Source: Jimgerdemannia flammicorona (Eukaryota). From it: a stretch of DNA of 37,746 nucleotides. The notes under the pieces were generated by a model that saw nothing but the letters and a program-made list of their open reading frames with translations, was not told the DNA's origin and did not search any database. Positions 23,260 through 34,022 of the stretch are shown piece after piece. The stretch spans positions 1-37,746 of the forward strand of contig RBNJ01000183.1 in the NCBI GenBank assembly GCA_003990765.1, in the 5' to 3' direction. Made by a program: the position numbers and the translations under genes. Each line of letters starts with the position of its first letter. Position 1 is the stretch's first letter.

Positions 23260-23301
<42 letters not shown>

Positions 23302-24830
23302 CAATGGTGCTGGAGAATGGTTTAGTGGAAGGAGATGTCATTGGAACAATTGTCTCTACAGGAGAGGTGGTGAGGTATCTGGGCATCTTTCTCTCAGTAT
23401 ATAGTTCTATCTTGCCACAGGTGTGGTGGGAGAGGAGGGTGGCCATTTGGGGGGAGGCTCTGAGAGGTTGAGGAGGTTGCTACATCTCTCTAGCAGATCA
23501 GGTAGCAATCCTGAATGTCTACTGGTTCCCCAAGCTGTGGTATATTGCTTATCATTTAGACTTTTCAGCTTGGGTGGTGAAGAGACTAATGAAACTGGCT
23601 AGGGATTGGATTTGGGCAGAGGGGTGGTCCCAGATCGATTGGGATACACTGGTAACTCTGGTGGTTCAGAGAGAGCTAGGACTAGTGGATCTTCCTAAGT
23701 AGCTACATTGTCTGTGAGCTTGGTGGTTGAAAAGGGCAGTGAAATTGTAGGGAGGGGGCTGAGTACCTCTGATACAGAAGGTGTGGGAGATGAGATTCTC
23801 TTCATGAGAATCCTTGGATGATTTTTTATCTCTAGTGGGTCTGAATGGAAGCTAACAGCTATGGTATAAGGGCTTCTGGTAGAGAGTGGTGGATAAAGCA
23901 TACCAGATAGGCCTACACTGGCAAAGTAATGAGAGGGAGATACTGTGGGGCTCAACTATGTAGCAATGAGACTGACTGCTTCTGGGGGGTATTCTACTTG
24001 CTGAGTTTGATATTGATAATGGAGTGGAATATCAGTGGGGACTTGGACAGGATCTGTGGCCAAGTAGCTGGCAGGCAGTGGGGATTGGTGAGGAGTGGGA
24101 CTGAGCAGGAGTCTGGTCATAGAGTGCTGAGGTACAGAGGTGGCTTCCTCCTAAGTTCTGGGTAATATAGTAGAGGATGTTGCAGAGGAATATCATGTTG
24201 AATTTCCATACTGGATATTTGATAGATGGTAGTCAATTCGATTGTGAGAAGTGTTATAATATTGGGTAAGTTGGGGGTTTTGTGCAGATACCAGAACATT
24301 GGCTGGGTGAGTGTGAGGTTTTGGGAGACTTTTGGTTAGTGGTCAGGGTTTGGTTGGGGGTGGAGAAGAGGCCAGATAGTGAGAGAGGGTAGTGGGAGGA
24401 TCTGAAATCTAGGTTAGTGAGAGGTGTGGGAAATGGATAGCTTACTGTAAGATGGGTTTTAGCTGTATGGATAGGGTTAGCTGGATATTGGCTCTTTATT
24501 TTTGAGAAGGAGTAGCAGTTGAGTATTCCAGGAAGTTGTTGAGATGGGAGGGGTTGATGGAAGATCTGTTGACCAAGTAGTGGGTTGGTTGAGGGCCCAA
24601 GAGTGGGCAACATCATTAGTTGGTGGAAGGGATCTGTAAATAGAGTGGTGGGCAGGTGGCAATGGTGAATGACAAAGTGGTCTTTCATTATGAGGAAGTG
24701 AGAGGGGGGGGGAGTCCCCTTAGGGGGATCAGGTAGGAGTGGGCATTATATATTATATAGAGGATAGACAATATGTTAATAAAGACAGAAGTCCAAGTGA
24801 CTATAAAAAAAAAATATATATATATATCTC

Positions 24831-26252
24831 CAAAGATGGCCTAAGAGTAGTTCTAGTCTAAGAAAGACCTGACCAATAACACTATATAATAGCTTATATA
24901 AGCTGAGCTACAAATCAGTAGCAGATGAACTATGGTAGCACCAAACTAGAATATCTTGCAGTTATATAAGTAGTCATCCTGTTCAAGCATTACTTTATCA
25001 GAAAAAGGTTCATCCTGATCACAGACCATATAGCTCTTAAATGGCTATTTAACTGTAAGGAATCTACCAGAATCCTAGCTTACTGAATCCTTATTCTTTA
25101 GGATTACAAAATCACTATTATCCACAAAGCAGAAAAAGCCCACAATAATGTTAATATACTTTTCCACCAGTCCCAATAAACCAGAAGAGGGATATCTCAA
25201 GGAACTATACTCTAAAAGAAGCTCCTCAGACCATCAAGGCACAAGAAGATCTCATTTGAAAAGAATATCAGAAAGCCCACTAAGGACAGATGAATATAGA
25301 AGAAAAACTGCAAACAATATATCAATATTGGCCCAATCTTAGAACTCAAGTCTGGGATATACTCAAGAAATATGATGTCTACCAGAAGTACCAAGAAAGG
25401 AAGAACCATCAAGCACCACTACAATCAATTGTATTACTAGACAATATCTTTCAGAGATGGAGAGTAGATATAATTGGACCTCTACCAGTTATATTAAGAA
25501 AAAACAAGTATATTCTTATATTTGTAGAACATCTGACCAAGTAGCCCAAGGCTTTTCCAATAGAAATTGCAGATATCTTAACTATTGTAGGCCTTCTCTA
25601 TAGACTCTCACTCAGATATGGATTTCTAGAAGAACTTATCTCTGATCAAGATATAGAATTTATCAACAATATAATTACAAGTTATACCTAAATTCACAAG
25701 ACCAACCTTAAATAGACTATATTATACTATTCTCAGACCAATAGTATGATAGAAAGAATAAACCAGACCATCAAGAAAGGACTTGCCCAAGTCAATCTTA
25801 CTAATTAAAACCTCTGCTTACTTGAGATCCTATGGGAAATTTGAAACATTTCTACTGTCTCTACCAAACAAAAGCCATTTGAAATAATATTTGCTAAGAA
25901 AATAAGAACTGCTAACTATGAGAATCTCAGAGACCTCCTCAAGAAGACAGAACAGTTATATAATCAGACCTGAGTTCAGATTACCAAAGTCCAAGAAAGA
26001 TAAAAGAAGTACTATGACCAGAAACAAAAAGACTAGAAGATCAAGATTGGAGATCAAGTACTAGTTTGGAGAAGCATGATTGATATGAATTTTGCTGCCA
26101 AACTGGAGCTCAAATAGGAAAGACCTTATCTTGTATACAATATCAAAAGAACTACCATCTATTTAAGAAGCATAGATGGATGAACCCTCAGAATACCAGT
26201 ATACATCAACTACCTTGAGATATATCTATCTTACTATGAACTAGAGAATTAA
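24831..26252 (+). pseudogene. pol: Ty3/Gypsy RNase H (continuation) and integrase with GPY/F motif
   Basis: NYGSTKLEYLAV, LITDHIALKWLF, eroded HHCC (KAH...YDVYQ), WRVDIIGPLP, LISDQD, SQTNSMIERINQTIK, KIGDQVLV...KLELK*ERPY. Confidence 0.93.
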
Positions 26253-26788
26253 CAACTACCTCCAGACCCTTGTCCTCAGTTCTTTCCAAGCTTTACCAGT
26301 TCTCCTGCTATAGTTCTGAGAGCTTAATGGAATATATCTCTAAAGAATCTGGGTCTATTAAGAAAATCTCACTTGAGAGATCACTCCAGATCTACCAGCT
26401 GTAGACCTATTATACAATTGGAGAACAATTATAAAATCTTCCTCTCTCAGACCTAGTCTACATATATCTGTAATATCACTGATCTGAACAGAAAGAATAC
26501 CACTGCTGCAGAAGATTATACATAATTTACAAATGAAACCCTTCAGCTCTAATCTAGATCTAGTTCTCTCTAAATGATCTCCAAAGAATGATCCTACCCA
26601 CCTACCTCAGTATCATTTACCAAGTTGAGATTCTATTTCCTGAGAAAGAAGAAGAGTCTTTAGAATAGAGTGATCCTAGTATAGATAATAAAGATAATAG
26701 AACAGGTATAGATATAGAAGCTACTTATACTTATTGAGATAATGACTAAAGAATAGTCTGAGACAGACTATCCTTCAGTGAGGGCTAA

Positions 26789-27154
26789 TGTGATGAGTAA
26801 ATAGTATAATATAACTAGATGATATGAACTTCCAGTATAGTATAGTTACTTATACATTATATTTATAATTAGCCAGGATACTGAATTAGAGTTATTTATC
26901 TATGTCCTGAGGATACACCTATATGTGGCAGACATACTTATATCCTGCAGACATATTCTTATCCTGCAGATACACTTATATCTTATAGATATATCTAAAT
27001 ATTACCAGAAGTAGTAAATCTATAATTATCCAGATAGTAATCAGATAGTAACTATAATATATAAAATACTCTAGAGACAAGAGTAAATAAACCTCAGTTT
27101 GAAATTTGAACCTAAAGTAAAAGATAAGTCTGCCTACCATACTTTGAGAGAAAC
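26789..27154 (+). repeat. Putative Gypsy 3' LTR (5' part), interrupted by Copia; probably continues at 32249
   Basis: Begins TGTGATG directly after purine-rich AGTGAGGGCTAA. Contains TATA-like and AATAAA motifs and an approximately 19-bp internal repeat (TCCTGCAGACATACTTATA, about 26906-26995). No second copy in the window to confirm. Confidence 0.6.
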
Positions 27155-27307
27155 TATTGAAATATGTAGGTTATAACTCAATATATGGTGGCACAGCCTT
27201 CCTTGAATACGTCATCATGTAAACATCACTAATTGTGATGTGTAAAAGCGCATAAGAATTAGCAATAAACAGTTTGTTTCTCCCTCCATTCCAAGTATTC
27301 CACAACA
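27155..27307 (+). repeat. Copia 5' LTR
   Basis: TATTG...CAACA; 137/153 identical to 32091-32243 by manual ungapped alignment. Confidence 0.95.
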
Positions 27308-27310
27308 AAA

Positions 27311-27322
27311 GGTTATGAGCCC
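27311..27322 (+). promoter_or_regulatory. Copia primer-binding site (GGTTATGAGCCC, tRNA-iMet-fragment type)
   Basis: Lies 3 nt downstream of the 5' LTR and matches the GGTTATG(A/G)GCCC PBS type of copia-like elements. Confidence 0.75.
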
Positions 27323-27373
27323 TGCTTAGCGGCTATACACCCCTCTTACACATATGCTACACTACACTATACA

Positions 27374-30300
27374 ATGGCTACTAGTCCAAGCAGTGCTAGC
27401 AGCACACTGCTAAGTTCTGGTAACATGAACACAAATACAGCTGGAACAGGTTTTGCTTCCATGATGACGAACATTTCAGCAGTAGCACTAACGTCAATGG
27501 TAAAGAGGATAATTTCTGTCTTTGACGGTAAGGACTACACTATATGGGCATACCATATGAAGAATCTCTTAGAAGAATGTGGGTTGGAGGACTACTGGAA
27601 GCCACAGGCGCAAGTAATGACATACGATGCCATGAAAGATTACAAAGTGCTAAGGGAGATTATGTTCACCCTTTCGAATGCGCAAATAAAGCTAGTAATC
27701 AATACTATGACAGCGAATGAAGCCTGGGAGATTTTACGCAATCACCATCAACAGGCATCTGCATCAAACAGATTCCACTTAAAGGTGCAACTATTCAATC
27801 TTCAAATTAAGTCCAAGGAGAGCATCTGGGACTACGCCAATCGAGTTGATGAGCTGGTAAATTAAGTGAATTCCCTTACATCTATGCTGGTGGACACCAT
27901 CAAGGATGAAGACAAGGTCCTGGCTCTTATACGAGGCCTTCCCAAAGCGTACAACATGGTTGTCACTGCTATGAGGGAATCCAGCAGATTATCAGATTAT
28001 AAGCACATCGTCACAAGCCTTTTAAATGAGAAAACAAGGCTAGGCAGCAACAACACCAATGAGGAATATGACGAGAAAGCATTCTATGGTGGAGTATGTG
28101 GACGAGGTAAAGGCAAGCTGAACAAAGGTCGAGGCCAGCAACATGAGAAATTCGACAGTAAATGCTTTTACTGTAATAAGTGTGGACATCGTGAGCAGGA
28201 CTGCAACTGCAAGAAGAAGGAAAAGAATGGCCAACAGCAAGGACAACAGCAGGCAAACACAGTGGATACCAACAATAAAAACAGCAGTGGCGGAGGTCTA
28301 TTCTTCACAGAAGCAGCAACCTATCCATATGCAGAAACTATTGAAATAGGAGGAAATTCGGAACCAACTGCCAGTTCCACCAATGCCAGTTGCAGATGTA
28401 ATTCCACCAGTTCGACATCTACAAATCCTGGTCGACAAAACACTTTTCAGACAGTAAAAAATGGTGACGTCAATGTCGGCACCAGCACAAATGTAAGCTA
28501 TATGCTGAACAGTGCTTATGCATATAGTGAAGAGGTCTGGCTTATGGATTCGGGTGTAACACAGTATATGACAGCTCACCGGGAGTGGTTCTCTATGTAT
28601 AAGAAGTTCGAGCATCCCATACCTATTAAGCTAGGCAACAATAACGTCATTTATGCTCAAGGGAAAGGCAACGTAGGCATACATCTACATGGAAACATTG
28701 ATGAACCTTCAGGCACCTTCATGGATGTACTATACACTCCAGATATAGGTAAGAACCTCTTCTCGATAGGCCAGATGATGGCTCGCAGGGACAGAGGAGT
28801 AAATATATGCCCGAATGGTGTAATGGTAATCAATCTGAAGAACAATAAGGAGTTAATGTACATATCAAAAAAGGGAAATCTATATGTAATCAATGGCATG
28901 CCGAGTGGCACATCATTCGCATATTCTACAACTATGACTAGAGAGGATCTCTAGCATATATGGCATGAATGCTTAGGACATATTGGCAAGACGAGCCTGG
29001 AATGGATGATAAGGAGCAAGTTCATATATAGTTTACCAGACTATATGCCACCAGATTTCTTTTGTAATGGATGTGCGGTAAACAAGGCTTCCCAGCAACC
29101 TTTTCAGGAATGAATGAAGTGAGTGGCTGGCATTCTCGATTTGATTCATATGGATATTTGTGGCCCCATGTGAACAGCATTACACTCCGGGAAGAAGTAT
29201 TTTATTACATTCATTGATGATTATACATGCAAAGTCCACGTATATTTCATTGCAGGGAAAAATGAGGCATTCGACAAATTCTGGGAATTCAAGACAGCTG
29301 TAGAGAATGAGACGGGATGTAGAATACGAACCCTATGCTCAGATAACAGCAAAGAATACATCAACAAAGGTTTCAGACACTTCTTGAAGAAGAATGGTAT
29401 ACAGCACTCTACAACAGCCCCTTATACACCTCAGCAAAATGGCATGGTGGAACGATTCAATTGAATGGTAGTGGAAATGGCTAGAACAATGATGAATATG
29501 GCCGGCTTACTGAAGTCCTTTTGGGTGGAAGCAGTGAATATGGCGGCATATATTCGAAATTGTTGTTTCTCTCGAGCTCTAAGCAAGGATCCTGGCAAGC
29601 AATCCAGGAATGACAGCAATCTTACCCCTGAGGAATTATGGAATGAATCCAAGCCTGACATTTCACACTTATGTATATTTGGAAGCAAGGCATATATTCT
29701 AGACAAAGGTGGTAACCAAGGCAAGTTCGAACCTAAGGCAAATAAGCATATATTCCTTAGATACGATGGAGCGGGATATAGACTTTGGAACCTGCAGAAA
29801 TGACATATGATCATTTCATGTGATGTACAGTTCAAGGAGACTAAGCAGGAAATTTATATGGAAATTCCTATCTCAAATCCAATGGTGAATCTGATGATGA
29901 ATTCGACAGTACAGCCAGCGACATCTACACCAACTGCAAAGGCTAGCGGAACAACATCTACACCCAGAATGACACTGAAGACTACGCCAAAGACATCCTT
30001 GAGACCTATGCCAGCGAATGCACTACCCATTCAAATGGCAATGAAGTTGCAAGAACCAAGGATAATGGAAATTATGGACGAGGATGACGAAGAGGATACC
30101 TCTCCAAAGGGCAAACAAAAGCGCAAATCCAGAGTTCTAGGTACGGATTTAGGAGGTTATTAGGACCTGCCTAAGACATCCCGTCATGGCAACAATAGCG
30201 GACATCACGTAAACTACACCAATTCTTATGAATGCACTTATATAGCAACAACCAGTGAGCCAGCACACTATAATGAAGCCATTCATTTGAATGACAAAAA

Positions 30301-31833
30301 GGAGTGGAAAAAGGCTATGGACGAGGAGTATAATTCACTCATCGAGAATGACACGTGGGACTTGGTCCCTCTTCTGGCAAATCGACAAGCCATAGGATCC
30401 CGATAGGTGTATAAAATTAAATGCAATAACAATAGCAGCATAGAATGATACAAGGCCCGATTCGTGGCAAAGGGGTATTCACAAGACTTTGAAGTTGACT
30501 ACAACAAAACATTTTCCCCAGTATTTAAGCTTACTTCGCTTAGAATACTTCTTGTGATTGGAGCCAAGTATGACTATGAGATACATCAAATAGACATTAA
30601 GACAGCCTTCCTAAATGGAGATGTGGATACCGAACTATACGTTCTTCAACCACAAGGATACAAACTATACAACAACAATGGAAATGAGCTCATATGTAAA
30701 TTACGCAAAGGGCTCTACAGAATCAAGCAAGCAGTGAGGCTGTGGAATCGAAAGATCAATGATTATCTCATAGAAGAGAATAGGTTCAAATGATGCAAAG
30801 TAGACCCATACATATACACTCATCATATATCCTCAGGAACGATGTACCTGGGAATTTGGGTTGACGATATCATTCTGGTTGGGATGACAAGTGAGATCAA
30901 CAAAGTAAAGGCGGTATTATGCAAGAAGTTCAAGATGACAGATATGGGTGATGCATCTTTCCTTTTGGGGATATCCATCGTACGTGACAGGAGCACGCAT
31001 ACTATACACCTAAGCCAAGAAGCCTACATTCAGACAATACTCGAGCAATTCAGCATGAGTAAGTGCAAGCCAGTCGGAACACTGATGGAGATGTCTGTGA
31101 GGTTAAAGAAGTCTGGAACTACACTCAAAAATAACAACATCCCCTATTGACAAGCTGTGGGATCCCTCATGTATCTTATGCTCGGGACGAGATCTGATAT
31201 ATCGTTTGCAGTCAACAAAGTGGTGCAATACTCATCATGCTAGGATAATTCGCATTGGATAGTAGTTAAGCGTATTCTTCAGTACATTAAAGGAACCGCA
31301 GAGTATATGCTCAGTTTGGGCGGTGATAATGGGCAAAGCGGGAGTACTATATGCCTACTCGGTTCTTGTGACGCTGATAGGGCCGGCGACTTAGATGACA
31401 GAAGGTCTACGACTGGATACATCTTTAAAGTAAACAACAGAGTCATTTTGTGGCAAATGCATAAGCAACCTTCAGTGGCAATATCCTCTATGCAAGCGGA
31501 ATATCAAGTGTTGTCAACAGTAACAAAGGAGGCTATCTGGCTTCGAGAACTGTTAAAGGAGCTGGATATAAGCAACGACACTCTATGCTACTCCAGCAAG
31601 ATAACCAATCAACGATTGCTTTGGCGAAGAACCCTATACATCATGCCAGAATGAAACACATTGACATACAGCATCATTTTATACATGAATGCATGGAAAA
31701 TGGCACTATACACCTTGAATACATCCCAACAGAATATATGACAGTGGATTCATTGACTAAAGCCCTTCCAAAGGCAAAGTTTGACTTATGCATACAAGGA
31801 ATGGGTATTATGGGACTCTACACTGATAATTAA
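27374..31833 (+). pseudogene. gag-pol: Copia gag-pol polyprotein (multiple stops, frameshift near 31580)
   Basis: FDGKDYTIW, CFYCNKCGHREQDC knuckle, WLMDSG protease, WHECLGH, HMDICGP / SDN / QQNGMVER integrase, AKGYSQ / HQIDIKTAFLNG / WVDD RT, CDAD / STTGY / AEY / DNQS / KHIDI RNase H. Confidence 0.97.
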
Positions 31834-32090
31834 AGATAATTTGGGATGAGATAGGATAATAGAGTGACAGCAAACTTCGTTAACATTGATTCCTACATTG
31901 GTGATTTCTACCAACATTACTCATCTACGAACGTTCACATTTCTACTTTTCAACCTATTTTTCGAGCTTTAAGTAGGCAATTCAGGTGTTTTTCGGTTTC
32001 TAGATAGCAGTCTGAACATTGCAGTGAGATTTGCAGTGGTTATAGCTTAGTATTGCAGTTTGGGAATTTGCATATCTCATTGAGTGGGAG

Positions 32091-32243
32091 TATTGAAATA
32101 TGTAGGTTACAACTCAATATATGGTAGTGCAGCCTTCCTTAACTACATCATCATGTAAACATCACTAATTGCGACACATAAAAGCACATAAGAATTAGTA
32201 ATAAACAGTTTGTTTCTCCCTCTATTCCAAGTATTCTACAACA
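32091..32243 (+). repeat. Copia 3' LTR
   Basis: Direct repeat of 27155-27307, preceded by the PPT and followed by the TSD. Confidence 0.95.
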
Positions 32244-32389
32244 GAAACTCTATAGCTACTGCTAGAAGATTGTGAGCTTTGCTATTTCATTTCTACTTCA
32301 GTTCTCTTTTTGATATAAAGTCTTGGTTTACTTATCAGAATAAGTCTGAAGATTTGCTATCAAAAGTTCAAAAAAGAACTTTGCTATCA

Positions 32390-33990
32390 GGGGATCTAGC
32401 AGATGGTGTAACAGGGCTGGTGGTGACCCTATTACTCAAGAAGTTGATCTCAGAGTTTGTGGTGACCTTGTACTTCCAGGGCTTAGCAGTGATGGCAAGA
32501 ATGGTTCTGAGGCTTGTTTGAAGCAGGTGGCTGGAGCAGCCTCAGTGAAGTTCTTGAAGAGTCTGGAGGGGGTCGAGGTGGGCTTTGAGGAGGCAGGCCC
32601 ACTGGATGAGGCACTGAAGACTGGAGTCATAGTTGGGGAGGTAGTGGTCCCCATAGTGCGGTGCCTGTGATGAGATCCCAGGGTGGTGTAGCTTCTGGTG
32701 AAGGGGGTACCTATGGTGACTAAAGAGGAGACTAGGAAGAGGGTGGAGGAGGTGATGATTGAGTATGGTGATGTAGTGAATATTGGCTTTCAGGTATGGG
32801 AGGGGACAACAATCAGGATGGGTGACATTGATGTCAGGATTCGGCTGGCAGGCAAGGAGGCCATGGTGAAGGCAAGTGACTGGCCTTCTGTGCTGATGTA
32901 GGGGGCATTCATCTGTAAGGTTTCGAGGGTGAAGAGGAGTGAGAAGGAGGAGGAGGACTTGTTGGAGGTACTAGAGGAGATGAGTGGAGCTGTGGAGAAG
33001 AGGGCAAGGGCCTGGAAGATGTATGAGGAGTCAATATATCTGGAGGTTGTGGATTGGAAATGCACTCATACTGACAGGAAGCAGTGGGAGTGGGCACAGG
33101 GGCGCAGGAGACAGAAAGAGCTACTTACAAGTATGAAAGTAGAGGTGAAGCAGAAGGTGGTGGGAGCTGAAGGGTCTGGGGATATCAAAGCCAGTGTTTG
33201 GGCAAGTAAAGGGGTTGGGGAGGTGGAGGCAGATAAGAAAGAGGCTGAAAAAGTACTGAGCAAGGACTCCTTTACTGACAGCACTTTTAAGGTCTGGGAG
33301 CCGGAGCTGGATGTAACCCCCCCTCTTATCAGGAGGGGTCTGGCTGGAAAGAGATGGACAACAGAGGATACACCGATGAAGGGGGCCCAGTGAGTGCACT
33401 TTGGGGTCCCTGATGTAGAAAAAGGGAGTCAGGTGGTGGCAGTTAGCAAGGATGAGCTGATGGATGTCCCTGAGGAGGAGTGGGATGAGGCTGCCAGTGT
33501 AGGGACTGATATCACGATATTGAATGTTAGATGGCTGGGGACTCTGAGAGGGAAGGAGGTAGGGAACTTGCTGTAGATGAGCAAGGTGATGGATAACCTC
33601 ATGGCTGAGACTTTGGGGGAAGTGGACCTGTGGGTAATGCCTGAGGAGCATTGGACACAGATTTTGCACAGTAAGGGAGTGGTGGAGGCACTGAAGGGGG
33701 AGATTCTTTTGATTTTTCTGGAGGAGGAGGGATATGAGGTTGATGAGGTGAGGAGGGCCAAGCTGGTGGTGGTCACTGGTGAGTGGGTGGCATACTGTTG
33801 GGCAGAGCAGCAAGGTTTGTGGTTCTGGCAAGAGGTATGTCAGGAATATCATGAGGACTTTGAGGAGTAAGAAGATGGGGCAATGGTAGAACTTCTAGGA
33901 GGGTTGGAGGTACAGGAAGCTGGTGAGCAGGAACTAGCTGCTGATCATGACTTGGATTTGTTGCAGGAGGAGCAGGATGTGGAATTGTAG
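32390..33990 (+). pseudogene. LINE C ORF1 (N-terminally truncated)
   Basis: Fragments 32698-32901, 32929-33393 and 33394-33870 are colinear with LINE B ORF1. Confidence 0.85.
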
Positions 33991-34022
33991 AGAGTGGGTT
34001 CATGATACAACTTTTTTCTCTT

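Larger units (their letters stand above)
17666..23299 (+). mobile_element. LINE B: full-length L1/Tx1-like element (about 5.63 kb) inserted into LINE A RT
   Basis: Perfect TSD GACAATGGTGCTGGA at 17651-17665 and 23300-23314. 37-nt poly-A at 23263-23299. 5' UTR homologous to LINE A. Confidence 0.97.
15218..24701 (+). pseudogene. LINE A ORF2 (APE endonuclease, RT, C-terminal Cys/His motif), interrupted by the MITE and LINE B
   Basis: FSLNVN, EGDFN, RIDWIL, SNH, APSEDGLP, NWRLIMLLD, DQEKAYD, GVLQEDPLS, FADD (about 17536), RYLGI, CEKC...EHWLGEC. The frame is restored when both insertions are removed. Confidence 0.9.
6747..24814 (+). mobile_element. LINE A: full-length L1/Tx1-like non-LTR retrotransposon (about 5.9 kb after removing nested insertions)
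   Basis: TSD TATATATAGATATCTC (6731-6746) vs TATATATATATATCTC (24815-24830), 15/16 identical. The 5' UTR and ATG (6750-6860) are homologous to the LINE B 5' end (17666-17770). Poly-A at 24805-24814. Confidence 0.93.
27155..32243 (+). mobile_element. Full-length Ty1/Copia LTR retrotransposon, 5089 bp
   Basis: Two 153-bp LTRs. 5-bp TSD GAAAC at 27150-27154 and 32244-32248. PBS GGTTATGAGCCC, PPT TGAGTGGGAG (32081-32090), and gag-PR-IN-RT-RH order. Confidence 0.98.
671..32388 (+). mobile_element. Degenerate Ty3/Gypsy LTR retrotransposon in three segments (about 671-6746, 24831-27154, about 32249-32388); 5' LTR not seen in the window
   Basis: Domain order is gag-PR-(dUTPase)-RT-RH-IN. RNase H reads FILYIDIS up to 6746 and continues KDGLRVVLV from 24831. 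A PPT-like tract precedes TGT at 26789. Outer boundaries are uncertain. Confidence 0.85.

Noticed and set aside
22681..23446. Poly-Phe / poly-Lys ORFs
   Set aside because: They are translations of the 37-nt LINE B poly-A tail.
26100..26750. Chromodomain after the integrase
   Set aside because: No recognisable YLVKWxG-type motif, and the integrase frame stops at 26252.
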